The notes under the pieces were generated by a model. It saw nothing but the letters and a program-made list of their open reading frames with translations. It was not told the origin of the DNA and searched no databases. Positions 25,048 to 37,886 of a stretch of DNA of 64,000 nucleotides are shown in pieces; positions within the stretch are counted from its first letter, which is position 1, and every line of letters begins with the position of its first letter. Source of the DNA: Octopus vulgaris (taxonomy: Eukaryota). The translations under genes and the position numbers were made by a program. Location of the stretch: the NCBI GenBank assembly GCA_951406725.2, contig OX597824.1, positions 13,330,001 through 13,394,000 of the forward strand. The letters are read 5' to 3'.

Positions 25048-25242
25048 GAAATAAGATTAAGATTAATGTAAAAAATAAATATCACTGAAGCAAAATAACA
25101 CCAAATATATAGTGCGTGTGTTTTTATTGGCTAAACTGGCAATATGACCATTCCGAAATATAACAATATCTGTTTCAACACACGACTTCACATAAAAAAT
25201 CTTGCACAACAAATATTTAAACGTACTATATATATATATATT

Positions 25243-25301
<59 letters not shown>

Positions 25302-25360
25302 ATAAAACGGTAAGATAACAAAAGAAAGAAAGAGACCTCAATATTATGTAAATAGAGGAA

Positions 25361-25470
<110 letters not shown>

Positions 25471-26499
25471 ATATGTATGTATGTATGTATACACACACAC
25501 ACATATGTATATTAGCCGTTTCTCGCGATCGGATATGAGACGTAGACCCCCCACCCCCACCCATCCATCATTGACCCATCGAAACTTCAAAGATGTGGCT
25601 CAGAGAGAGAGAGAGAGAGAGAAGGAGAGAGAGAAAGAGAGAGAGACGGTGGTGGTGAGGTCTGTACCAAATTGTCAGTTGAGTGACGAAAAGGAACGGG
25701 AAATAAAGTACCTTCCGCAAGTACACATCCGAATGCTCGGTCCAGGAATCGAACCTCGGCACCCAAGCCACCAAGTCACGCATAGTTTTTTTCACTTGAA
25801 TCACGATTTCATTCAGTTTCCCTCTTTCATCTCTCTTTCTTTTCTCGTTCTTTTTGCTCTTACGCTTTCACCCTTTCTGTCACACCTTCAGTTTTGGCCT
25901 CTTTTCTGTCCTTCACCATTTGTATGCATCACCATCATCATCATCATCATCATCATCTCGTTTTCTCTCTCCACCTGAGTGTAATTTTGTAAATATCTCT
26001 CACCTCTCAGTATTTCTCATTCCTCCTCTCTGTTCTTTGTCAACCCCTATCTCTCTCCCTCTGTCTCTCTCTGTCTCTCTCTGTCTCTCTGTCTCTCTCT
26101 GTCTCTCTTTCTCTCCCTTTTTGCGTGCTTATTCGTGCATATATGTATCGGTTCTACTTCGATCCTTTGAAGAGCAGTTGAGGCAAAAACAACAAACTAA
26201 ATGCTATACATGCACAAACGCACGTACACACACACTACACATACACACAACACACACACACATACATACACACAACACACACACAAACGCATTTTTTATA
26301 TTGAATATATGGATGTATTTTTTCTCTCTCTCATAGAAAAAGAGAGAGACGCAGAAATACCCAGATATGCACAAATGTATGTATATAAAATTGGGTATAT
26401 GTTATATATTAGTTTGCTCATAGCATACACCATTATGACTTATTAATATTTATATTTCCGAGCGTGTATGTGTGTGTGTATGAGTGTTTGGTGGTAGTG

Positions 26500-26535
<36 letters not shown>

Positions 26536-27035
26536 ATACGTGTGTACACATACACACACACACACGCACACACACAAATGCACTTAAATCGACTGCATCA
26601 AATCTATGTAAACACAAGTAGAGGCTGGAACACAAGTAGATATAGCGATGGTGGATACGCACGCACGCACACACACACACACACACACACGCACAAACAT
26701 ATGCATTGGCATTCACACTCTCACATGCACACACAGTAACACGTGCAGCTTCACAAACACACACACTCTCTCGTATTATGTACTTCACACAAATATTCTC
26801 TCTCTCTCTCTTACACTCTCTCTCTATCATGTATAAACAGTCTCTCATTCATACGCATATATATATATATATATATATACATACATACATACACACACAC
26901 ATATATATATATACATATACAAATATACATACATATATATCTATTTCTACAGAAACAAAACGCGCGCGCACGCACACACAATCTCTTATCTTTCTCATAC
27001 AAATACAATACCTCTCTCTTTCTCTCTCCCTCTCA

Positions 27036-27074
<39 letters not shown>

Positions 27075-27329
27075 ACACACAAACACACTCGTATATAGGC
27101 ATATTTTACGTCCAGCCCCAAATGCGGACACAACCATGCGCACTCACATAACTGTTTTCATGCACACGCATACGTACACATACACACGCGCGCGCACACA
27201 CATACACAATCGCGCATACTCATACACGTGCGCGCACACACATACACAAGCTCAGTCATAAACACACACACACTCTCTCTCTAACAAGCAAACTCACAAA
27301 CAGGCATATTCGTAAACATAGTCCCTTGA

Positions 27330-27384
27330 ACACTTTCTTCTTCTTTCTTTCTTTCTCTATTTTTTTCTTTTTCTCTTATTCTCT

Positions 27385-27422
<38 letters not shown>

Positions 27423-27612
27423 TCTCTTATGCACATACTCTTTCTCAACCAAACATATTCACTCTCATTTTCTATCTTTCTTTCTTATACACATTCACAT
27501 TCTTTCTTTTGCATGCTCTACTTTCAGTTTCACTTTCATCAGAAACACACATTCCCTTCCTTCTTTCTGACACACACACACAACACAGCTTTCTCTTTTC
27601 TTTCACCTCTCT

Positions 27613-27649
<37 letters not shown>

Positions 27650-27780
27650 CTCTCTCTCACACACACACACACATATATCTATCTCTTTTTCCTCATCTTT
27701 CTTTTTTTCTCTTTCTCTCTCTCACACACACACACAAATATATTTATCTTTTTTCCTCATCTTTCTTTCTTTTTCTCTCT

Positions 27781-27813
<33 letters not shown>

Positions 27814-28090
27814 AATATATCTATCTCTTTTTCCTCATCTTTCTTTCTTTTTCTTTCTTTTTTCTCTCTCTCTCTCTCTCTTTTTTCTCTCTCTCTCTCA
27901 CACACACACAAATATATTTATCGCTTTTTCCTCATATTTCTTTCTTTTTCTCTCTTCTCTCCCTCTCTCTCTCTTTTTCTCTCTCTCACACACACACACA
28001 CACAAATATATCTATCTCTTTTTCCTCATCTTTCTTTCTTTTTTTCTCTTTTTCTCTCCCCCTCTCTCTCTCTCTCTCACACACACAAAC
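27330..28090. repeat. Compound CT/CA minisatellite
   Basis: About five repeats of (ca)n-aatatatctatctctttttcctcatctttc-(ct)n. Confidence 0.8.
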
Positions 28091-28972
28091 ACATCATTGT
28101 CTTTTTCACTCCTATCTCTCACTTTCAATTTCTCCCTCTATTTCAGTCTCTCTCCTTTCCCACTGATGCTTACGCACACACGCACACACTAATAGACAAC
28201 TGATTTACACACAACAGATTTATGTGTACACAAACACACACACACATACACAGAGGAAGAGAAAATAAGAGAGGAAGAGAAAGTAAGAGAGAGAGAGAGA
28301 GAGAGCTGACTGTTTTAACCAATTAAGTCACGTCTGATAAACCAGGCAGGTATGACCTGATTATTTTCGCTCGCTTTAGAACAGTTCTTTCTAATGCTAC
28401 CTCTGCAACAGTTTCACCTGTATCATCCACAATACTGTTGCTACACTTCATCAATGAACTATCTTACCCTGCCTCCGCTTCCTTACCTTTACCGGCGAAT
28501 TTCTGCTACAGGTGTGATGGAATATATTCTAAGGTGACTACTACCAGTAATAAATTAGGTTAATCAATTTACCTGTACATATAACAACGCATCGCAATTC
28601 GAGATTGCTTAATGAACTTTCTCAGCTTGATGTTATTCTTTATCTCCGCCCTAATCAGCCTTAATCGACTTGAGCTGTGACCACAGGCATTCTAACTATG
28701 ACCTACCTTGTCTTTTTTAAATATTTAAATTTTAGATATTTAACAATCTCATTTATCACATTTTAATTACAAGGAAAAGAAGAAACAGAAAAGAAAGAAA
28801 AAGGTGAGAATTTAGCAGCAGAAGACGAAGAAGGGGCCGCACATCCAAGAATAATTTTCCAGTGTGTCGGACGACTGCAAATATTTGGTTCTTCAAGGGT
28901 TTGGCGAGTTATGTGGAAGAGAAGCTTCTCTTGGAATAAATGGAGAAATATATTTTATATTCTCGGTTACAA

Positions 28973-29335
28973 ATGCGAAGGCGTGGCTGTGTGGTAACAA
29001 ATTTGCTTCCTAACCACATGGTTCCGGGTTCAGTTCCACTGCGTGACACATTGCGTAATTGTCTTCTACTCTAGCAACGGGTCGACCAAAGCCTTGTAAG
29101 GGGATTTGGTAGAAGGAAACTGGAAAGAAGCACGTCGTATGTGTGTGAGTGTCTTTGTGTCTGTGTTTGCCCCCATTACCACTTGACAACCGGTGTTGCT
29201 GTGTTTACGTCCACGGTAACTTAGCCGTTCAGTAAAAGAGAGATCTATAGAATAAGTACTAGGCTTAAAAACAAAAATAATTTCTGGTTTCACTCATTAA
29301 ACTGCATGGCCGCAATCGAATGACTGAAGCAATTA
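28973..29335 (+). mobile_element. SINE family B (older copy)
   Basis: Head, CORE-like block and tail recognisable. Confidence 0.85.
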
Positions 29336-29359
29336 GAGGAAAGCCTAAGGTTGAAGGAG

Positions 29360-30480
29360 ACGTAACTATGGTCTCACTGCCAAGAACAGTAATGATTAAG
29401 TAGATATTGAACTGTTGGGCTTATTGCTATTAATGTTGGAGTCATTTTTTAGCACTGTACCTCTATACTGATATGGCAAGTAAGCTTGAAACTAATATGT
29501 TTACTGTGAGGAACAAATTGTCCGCAGTTATCTGTGTTGTTGATAATTTGCACAACGGTATTTGGTCGTCTTTTGTACATTGGTTAACCGTCATCACTTG
29601 CTTCAGTATTCTCACCGAATTCTTTGCAGAAGCATTTACTACTTGTATTATTTTCCATACATCGCACATTCGGTGTTAGATTGCCACAGGGACCATGAAC
29701 AATGCCTTTCTTAACCAAGTCTTCAAATCAGGTATTTCTGTGCACTTAACTACGTCTATTTTTTGTCATGAGTCATTGAACTTTTTATAACCCTCCATTC
29801 AACTTATGAGCATGAAGTAATTCTCGTTTCTAGAATTTAATGGAAAGGCAATAATCCTGAACATTTCCTCAAATATTATTTCCATGATATCGTTCAATAA
29901 TTCTTGCAGTTTTATTTTAAATACCACAATATCTATTCTGTTTAACGTGTGTCTTCTGGGTATAAGATTACGTGTAATTTCATAGCAGGAAGAATTGCAT
30001 ATCGTAGTCGTAAATATACCTGGCTCTCCAAAGTTTCCCTGACATCAATGGTCTTGCTGTATCGGTCTCTTATGTTACTTGGTGATACTTTAAATAAAAT
30101 AGGAAAATAGCTATACATCCTACATGATTTATTTGCAGTGGGACTGCAGTAGCTAGGTAATTGGTAAGTTTTTAATGTTATTCAACTTTGAACTGTTCTA
30201 TTTGGTATCACACAGAAATTAAACTATTTAACTGAATTTTAAAATGAGATTCGACAACCGCTTTCTTCATACAGACGTGGATTGAATTATTATTTTGCTG
30301 CTGTTTACGTAACTTTGTATAACAGCGTAATGATATCGTAGCGGCTATTGTTGTTAACCAGTTCAGAATTAATGTTTAATCTTATCTTGACTGCAATCCT
30401 GATGCTCCATGGGGACAAAATAATGCGCTTGTCATTATATAAAAAGGAAGCTCTGTATGTTTAAATTGATAAGAGTATTT
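29360..30480 (-). pseudogene. Highly decayed Helitron Rep (HUH) coding region
   Basis: Minus-strand translation across stops and frameshifts gives, in order, FGEPGIFTTTICN (motif 1), FKIKLQELLNDI, IKF*KRELLHAH (EFQKRGLPHAH), EIPD, IVHGPCG..P..CM, DG*PMYKRR and FVPHSK..CHISIEV. Confidence 0.75.
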
Positions 30481-30749
30481 CTTGGCATGCGAGGGTAAAC
30501 GGTTAAGTCACGTTTAAAACACATTCATCGTCAGCAATAAAAAAATTACTGCTACTCTATCCACGATTGGGGAGTTATAAAGTCTATGGTTACTCTTTCC
30601 GTTGATATGATATATAATATTGTTTGTTGATCCTGTTTTAACTCTTAACATTTTATATGCAAAAAGCACGAACATTTTTTTGCATGAATGATCTGATTTA
30701 ATGAAATCATAACTTCAGTTTTGATGAATTTGTTTCTGCAGTCTAATAT

Positions 30750-31663
30750 TGGATTCAAATTTTGGCACAAGGCCAGCAATTTGAGTGGAAATTGGTAAGT
30801 TGATTACAAGGAGCTCAGTGTTCAACTAGTAATTATTTTATCGACCCTGAAAAGATAAAAAGCCAAAGTCGACCTCGGGTGAATTTGAACTGAAAACATA
30901 CAGACGGACGAAAACAAAAGCTGCGGAGTATTTTGCTCACAGTTCTGCACGTACGCCGCCTTTTTCACTCTAATATAAACGACTGTTTTTAAGCAATTGA
31001 GCAAAAGTTGGGCAAAATGTCGAGATTCTTTTCCAATAGGAGACATATTCTTTTCTACTCAAGGCACAAGGCCCGAAATTGTTGGGGAGGCGGGGACCAG
31101 TCGATTAGATCGACCCCAGTACACAACTGATACTTAATTTATCGACCCCGAAATAATGAAAAGCAAAGTCGACCTCGGTGGAACTTCAATTCAGAACGTA
31201 AAGTCAGACGAAATACCGCTAAGCTTTTCGCCCAGCGAGCTAACGTTTATTTCTTTATTGCCCACAAAGGCTTAAACAGAGAGAGGACAAACAAGGACAG
31301 ACAAAGGTATTAAATCGATTACATCGACCCCAGTGCGTAACTGGTGCTTAACCTATCGACCCCGAAAGAATGAAAGGCAAAGTCGACCTCAGCGGAATTT
31401 GAACTCAGAACGTAGCGGCAGACGAAATACCTATTTCATTACTATCCACAAGGGGCTAAACATAGAAGAGACAAACAAGGACAAACAAACGGATTAATTT
31501 GATTACATAGACCCCAGTGCGTAACTGGTACTTAATTTATCGACCGCGAAAGGATGAAAGGCAAAGTCGACCTCGGTGGAACTTGAACTCAGAACATAAA
31601 GACAAACGAAATACCACTAAGCATTTCGCCCGGCGTGCTAACGTTTTTGCCAGCTCACCGCCC
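30750..31663 (-). mobile_element. SINE family A: degenerate monomer (30750-30960) and trimer (31050-31663)
   Basis: Repeated atcgaccccgaaaggatgaaaggcaaagtcgacctcgg cores. Confidence 0.9.
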
Positions 31664-32486
31664 TCAATAGGATGCATATTACTTGTACACTAATAGATTT
31701 GACCACCAGCACGAAAACAATATAACCCGTAACCCAGAGCAGCCGATATCAGAGGCCCGAAAGCAAATGTTCAGACTTATAAGTTGTCTTTGAAATCTAT
31801 ATAATTAGAGTTCCGTAAATTGTTTTGTTTTTTCCATACCGTGATTTGACAATGTTGTGCCTTTATGAGAGCAGCGATTGAATTAAACTTCTGAAGGATT
31901 CTCAGATTAGAAAAAAAATATTTGTTATTAAATATTCATAGGCTCATACGATTGATGCAGTAACTTTTCTCTCAGTAACTATTATTGTTGGGTTTTTTTT
32001 TTTTTTTTACTTTTTATACTCCTATTTTGAATAATATTTGCATCTCTTTGACATCTACCGATATTATTTTCTTAAATTTCTTCAGAAATAATTATAACCC
32101 ATTACCTATCTCTAGCTATTCACATTATGTTTTGTCCTTCACCTGCATTTTAATTTTGCCGTCTTCAAAATATTCGTTTTTTTTCAGATTCTAAGCTTAT
32201 ATTTGTTTTCTATTTTTTAATTGTTTTCTTGAGTTATTTCTATCTTTTATTCTTATTCTTTCTTTCTACATCATTTCTAGCTTCAGTTTCCTCTTTTGAT
32301 CCTTGTTCATATTTTGTATCAGTTTTTCTCTTCAATTCAGCATTGGCACACATATATAATCTAATGATTCTTCGTTATCGCTGTTGTTACGTAACCCCAG
32401 GTTGGCCAATCCTCGGTCTGGCAAGACATATATGCCAAACGTTTGAGTAACATCTGCAGGTTGTTAGTCGTTGACCTTGTTATTGT

Positions 32487-32608
32487 CTTCTTCTTCTTCT
32501 TCTTCTTCTTCTTCTTCTTCTTCTTCTTCTTCTTCTTCTTCTTCTTCTTCTTCTTCTTCTTCTTCTTCTTCTTCTTCTTCTTCTTCTTCTTCTTCTTCTT
32601 CTTCTTCT
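32487..32608. repeat. (TTC)n microsatellite
   Basis: Read directly from the sequence. Confidence 0.95.
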
Positions 32609-32799
32609 AGTAAACAGTAAACAGAGGATTGGCAATCTAGACTAGGGTCTGAAAGTTTACCACGCCATAGTGGGTTACACCATGGTTCCTCTGCTTTGTG
32701 GCAGAAATAGGAAGAAAGAGTGAGAGAAAGTTGTGGGCAACGATGGCGATAACATTTTAGACCGCTTATCATTGAAAAAATTTTGATCAAACAGGTGCA

Positions 32800-32955
32800 A
32801 ACATTGCTGCGTGCCTAAGAAGTTCGGTTTTCCAATTTTGTAGTCACGAGGTTTCAGGTTCAGTTCCACTGCGTTGTATCTTGGGGAAGTATCTTCTACT
32901 ATAGTCTATGCTTTGTGAGTTTGGAAGACGAAAACTGCGTGGAATCTTGTCGTAA

Positions 32956-32990
<35 letters not shown>

Positions 32991-33210
32991 CGTGCTTGTG
33001 TCTGGTCTTCGTAACTGCTTGTTTGACCACACCGCTTAACAACTGGTGTTATTTTATTTACGTCACTGTGACTTAGCGGTATAACAAAGAGACCAATAGA
33101 GGAAGTACCAAACTTAGCAAAAATAAGTTCTGGGACGGATTTGTTAAACTAAAGCCCATCAAGGTAATGCCACAGTATTGCTACTGTCCAATGACCGAAC
33201 CAAATCGAAG
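32800..33210 (+). mobile_element. Degenerate SINE family B
   Basis: ggttcagttccactgcg, cttctactatag, internal (TG)n and tail remnants. Confidence 0.7.
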
Positions 33211-33539
33211 ATAAATGAAAGATAGAGCTGTTGAACTAATGTTTGGCTTGGAGCTAGACAACAAAAGCGCTACCACCACCACCACCACCAACCACCACCA
33301 CCACCACCACCACCACCAATAACAACAACTCTACATGACAGTCCACTGTGTCCTTTTGATTCAAATAACACCCACCACACTTAACAGTACATTCAACACT
33401 GAGAAGACGCATGAACCAACGTTTAGTCGTTCGCCACATGAAAATTGAAGTCAAAACTCCTTCATCTCATATTCTGGTCCTATGCGCGGTGGTCTGACAG
33501 TGCATCGCATGGAATTCTGCAGAATATGACAATAATAAT

Positions 33540-33745
33540 TTCAATTTTTGGCACAATGCCAGTAATTACGTGGGTGTGGTAAGTCGATTACGTCACCACC
33601 ATTCCAGTGCTCGACTGGTACTTGTTTTATCGACTCAGAAAGGATAAAGAGCAAAGTCGACCTCGGAATTTGAACTCATAACATAAAGGCGGACGAAATA
33701 CTGCTAAGCATTTTGTCCGGCGTGTTCCTGCCAGTTCGCCGCCCT
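33540..33745 (-). mobile_element. SINE family A monomer
   Basis: Core and head on the minus strand. Confidence 0.8.
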
Positions 33746-33778
33746 AGATTATGAAAATAATGATAATCCTAAACTTCT

Positions 33779-34363
33779 AGGTGCAGGAGTGGCTGTGAAG
33801 TAAGTAGCTTACTTACCAGCCGCATGGTTCCGGGTGCAGTCCCACTGTATGGCACCTTGGGCAAGTATCTACTGCTATAGCCTCGGGCCGACCGATGCTT
33901 TGTGAGTGGATTTGGTAGACGGGAACTGAAAGAAGCCCGTTGGACATATACATATATATATATATGTTAGTGTGTCTGGGTTTGTCACCCCCTCCCACCA
34001 TCGCTTGACAAAAGAGAGCAATAGTATAAGTATTAGGCTTACAAAGGATAAGATCTTCGGTTGATTTGATCGACTAAACGTAGTACTCCAGCATGGTGCA
34101 GTAAAATAGTTGAAACAAATAAAATAGTAATATAATACTTGAGTATTATATTACAGCCACTCCACACAGCAACACCTGCGCTTATAGGCGCAGGAGTGGC
34201 TGTGTGGTAAGCAGCTTACTTACGAACCACATAGTTCCGGATTCAGTCCCACTGCGTGGCACCTTGGGCAAGTGTTTTCTGCTACAGCCTCAGGCCAACC
34301 AAAGCCTTGTGCGTGGATTTGGTAGACGGAAACTGAAAGAAGCCCGTCGTATATATGTATATG

Positions 34364-34405
<42 letters not shown>

Positions 34406-34596
34406 TGTGTCTGTGTTTGACCCCCAACATCGCTTGATAACCGATGCTGGTGTGTTTACGTACCCGTAACCTAGCGATTCGGCAAAATAGAATAAGTACT
34501 AGGCTTACAAAGAATAAGTCCTGGGGTCGATTTGCTCGACTAAAGGCAATGCTCCAGCATGGCCACTGTCGAATGACTGAAACAAGTAAAAGAGTA
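33779..34596 (+). mobile_element. Two tandem SINE family B copies (33779-34120, 34187-34596)
   Basis: Both show head, microsatellite and tail. Confidence 0.9.
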
Positions 34597-34747
34597 TAAT
34601 AAAAAAAATATGTTATTTATGACTTTGTAAACAAGACGATAATAAACATCAGAAAGAAATTTGTAAAGGATTTTCGTTTTTGCTAGATTTGTTTTTAACT
34701 TTAAAATACTTAATTAACTTTGCTGACGAAGTTCACCGGTAATTTTA

Positions 34748-34946
34748 TTTACTCTTTTACTTGTTTCAGTCATTTGACTGCGGCCATGCCGGAGCACCGC
34801 CTTTAGTCGAGCAAATCGACCCCGGGACTTATTAAGCCCAGTACTTATTCTATCGGTCTCTTTTGCCGAACCGCTAAGTGACGGGGACGTAAACACACCA
34901 GCATCGGTTGTCAAGCAATGCTAGCGGGACAAACACAGACACACAA

Positions 34947-34979
<33 letters not shown>

Positions 34980-35146
34980 CATACGACAGGCTTCTTTCAG
35001 TTTCCGTCTACCAAATCCACTCACAAGGCTTTGGTCGGCCCGGGGCTATAGCAGATGACACTTGTCCAAGATGCCACGCAGTGGGACTGAACCCGGGACC
35101 ATGTGGCTGGTTAGCAAGCTACTTACCACACAGCCACTCCTGCGCC
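34748..35146 (-). mobile_element. SINE family B
   Basis: Full-length copy, tail-to-tail with 34187-34596. Confidence 0.9.
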
Positions 35147-35232
35147 TATGTTTATATAATTTTTATGTAGCATGTGGTCTCCATTGAGTCACAAAGTTAA
35201 AGACTGAAGTTCACTTTAAAATGGCTGATATC

Positions 35233-35466
35233 CAGTGGCGTAACTAGAATGTGTGCCGTCCGCAGCAGACCATGAGCTTGTCTTCCATCCCACTTCTGCT
35301 GAGCCCTTGGGGGCTAATACAGGCTTATACAGTAGGCCAAAAGTGCCCTTCATTTATTTTATCTTATCGTAGGAATTTTATTTTATCGTAGGTCAGTGTA
35401 TGTGTGTGTATGTGTGCGTGTTTGCTCCCCCCACCATAAAAGTGTCACCTCCTCGCTACGCTACAG
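35233..35466. mobile_element. Possible degenerate hAT-type MITE
   Basis: Ends cagtggcgtaac and gctacgctacag are imperfect inverted repeats. No convincing TSD. Confidence 0.35.
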
Positions 35467-35731
35467 ATGACAAATGAATACGATATGGGGGGGGGGGCAG
35501 CATAGTTAAATATTGTGGCCCTTTTCAATCCAAACTCTTCAACTAAACCCTATCAACAAACGCTATCATTAAGCCTAGGCAACGAGAAGTCTCTGTATAT
35601 TCGCCCGAACTTTTTATCTCCCTCAACTTCTCAATCCATATGAAAAACGACGGAATGGTCACGGCTAGAAATTTCATTGTTTATACTTCTGTCCTATCAG
35701 GTTTGATGTACATCTACGGAACAACACCAAC

Positions 35732-35746
35732 CACTACTACTACTAT

Positions 35747-35788
<42 letters not shown>

Positions 35789-35866
35789 AACTACTACTAC
35801 AATTACTACTACAACTACTACTACTACTACTACTACTATTACTACTACTACTACTACTACTACTAT

Positions 35867-35899
<33 letters not shown>

Positions 35900-35977
35900 A
35901 ACTACTACTACAATTACTACTACTACTACTACAACTACTACTACTATTACTACTACTACTACTACTACTACTACTAT

Positions 35978-36022
<45 letters not shown>

Positions 36023-36079
36023 ACTACTACTACTACAATTACTACTACAACTACTACTACTACTACTACTACTACTACT
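35732..36079. repeat. (ACT)n microsatellite
   Basis: Read directly from the sequence. Confidence 0.95.
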
Positions 36080-36163
36080 GAACATTCTTACTAATCCCTG
36101 GTTAACCTACCAATAACCCCTAATCTCAAGTTCCATCGCAATATCTTAACCCCTCTTACTAGT

Positions 36164-36341
36164 ACAGTTCTATATTTAAGAGATGAGGAATTATGTACAT
36201 TATTTACATTATTTACATTTGACGGATATTTGTCCTCATCTTGCTTGTTGTTACGTTTCGGCTGATATATCCTCCAACTTCATCAGGTGTCTTGGGGAAA
36301 TTTCGAACTTGGGTTCTCATACCTAAGGTATTTTTCGATGC

Positions 36342-36345
<4 letters not shown>
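36164..36345 (-). mobile_element. Inverted copy of the HHR tail of the 37220-37521 element, with ~35 nt extra at its 3' end
   Basis: Reverse complement matches 37371-37521. HHR core GACAC-CUGAUGA-AGUUGG..UCAGCC-GAAAC-GUA at 36250-36291, with the 3' strand of stem I deleted. Confidence 0.8.
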
Positions 36346-36425
<80 letters not shown>

Positions 36426-36450
36426 CATCATTATTATTATTATTATTATT

Positions 36451-36890
36451 CAGTAGTTTTATTTTTATAGCGTGCTTTCACTTCACTACCGAGCGCAGCT
36501 CTGTGTGCCTTGGGTATGTGCTGTGATTTGTTGTGATGCTCTGATGGTTATTGTATGGAAAGTGTTCTGCGTAGGATGTGTGCAGTGCCTAGTAGTGCAA
36601 TTTTCTGTATGTTATATGTGTTTGTAAGTCCTGGTGTTTTTGTTATGTATTTGTCTGAATATTTTTTTATCATGCCTAATGCACCTACTATGATAGGAAT
36701 TGTTTCTGTTTTCAGATTCCACATTCTAGTTACCTCTATTTCCAGGTCTTTGTATTTTGAGAGTTTCTCTATTTCTTTTAGAGACACGTTGTCATCAGCT
36801 GGTATTGATACATCAATTAGAAAGCATTTTTTTTCTTCATGGTCTCTGACAACTATATCTGGTCTGTTGGCCTTAATTTCTCTATCTGTG

Positions 36891-36892
<2 letters not shown>
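36451..36892 (-). mobile_element. 3' fragment of an R4/Dong-like non-LTR retrotransposon (restriction-like endonuclease domain + 3' UTR) in (TAA)n
   Basis: Minus frame HTDREIKANRPDIVV..CFLIDVSIP..KEIEKLSKYKDL..W..IPIIVGALG..QKIALLGTAHILRR, matching the RPD..D..K..KY RLE signature. Flanked by (TTA)n on both sides. Confidence 0.85.
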
Positions 36893-36953
<61 letters not shown>

Positions 36954-36966
36954 CATCATTATTATT

Positions 36967-37214
36967 GAGTGAGAGAGCAGTGCATGGCATCAAAGTGACA
37001 CTGGGGTAAAATATACGAATCATGACTACCCGTCTGATAAGGGTACACTAAGCACATGCATCACAACCATATGTGCGCGACATGGTGATAAACAGCACAT
37101 AACCTTGCAGGTGGGGCCCAGTTAGAAATTTCTTCTGCTCGAGTAACCCATCCCGCTCAAAAGGTCCCTGAATAAGGGTTGTTTAAGAATGTTGAACGAA
37201 ACACCCATGTTTCC
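36967..37214 (-). mobile_element. (TAA)n-targeted non-coding retro-fragment, longest copy
   Basis: Constant end gagtgagagagcagtgcatg abuts (TTA)n. The same end occurs in four more copies. Confidence 0.7.
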
Positions 37215-37219
37215 ACTAC

Positions 37220-37307
37220 GGACATACGGCGTTGTGGTTAAGAGCGCGGCCTACTAACACCAAGATTCCGGGTTCGATTCCAGGCAGTGACCTGAATAAT
37301 AATAATG

Positions 37308-37363
<56 letters not shown>

Positions 37364-37521
37364 AATAACAACATCGATAAATAGCTTAGGATTGAGAACC
37401 CAGGTTCGAAATTTCCCCAAGACACCTGATGAAACCTGGAGAGTATATCAGTCGAAACATTGTGTTAATAACAAACAAGATGAGGACAAATATCCGTCAA
37501 ATGTAAATAATGTAAATAATG
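37220..37521 (+). mobile_element. SINE-like element: tRNA-derived head + (AAT)n + hammerhead-containing tail
   Basis: A-box-like ggcgttgtggtta and B-box ggttcgattcc (37271-37281). (AAT)n 37295-37370. GACAC-CUGAUGA-...-GAAAC-AUU-GUGUU at 37421-37466. Confidence 0.75.
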
Positions 37522-37886
37522 CACCCTATTACTAGTGATATAACAAGTCCCCTCCTACACATCCTACCCTTAATCTACCTCTGACCCCATCCTGAGATCC
37601 TTACCATGATGTCGTACGGCTAACTTACTATTAACTATGCGAGGATGCATGGCCTACTGGTTAGAGTGTTACGTACACGATCATAAGACGGTAGGTTCGA
37701 CTCCAGGCCGAGCTGCGCGTTGAGTTCTTGAGTAAGGTGCTTCTTTTCATGTTATTCCAGGCGAGGCAGCTCAATTTGAGCACCAGCTTATTTCTGGTCC
37801 ACCATTTTTTATCCTGTTTGCTGTAGATACTGGTTATATCGCTGGATCAAAGCTAAGCGGGCAGAAAACACCCATGGTAAACACCC

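Larger units (their letters stand above)
21512..25226 (+). mobile_element. Penelope-like retroelement, 5'-truncated, with inverted 5' pseudo-LTR, inserted in a (TA)n array
   Basis: 21512-22456 is the near-perfect reverse complement of 24228-25169. An RT-EN ORF lies between. A further ~57-nt tail (25170-25226) occurs only at the 3' end. (TA)n flanks both sides. Confidence 0.95.

Noticed and set aside
21512-25169. Long inverted repeats as DNA-transposon TIRs
   Set aside because: They include coding sequence, are asymmetric (tail on one side only) and flank an RT rather than a transposase.
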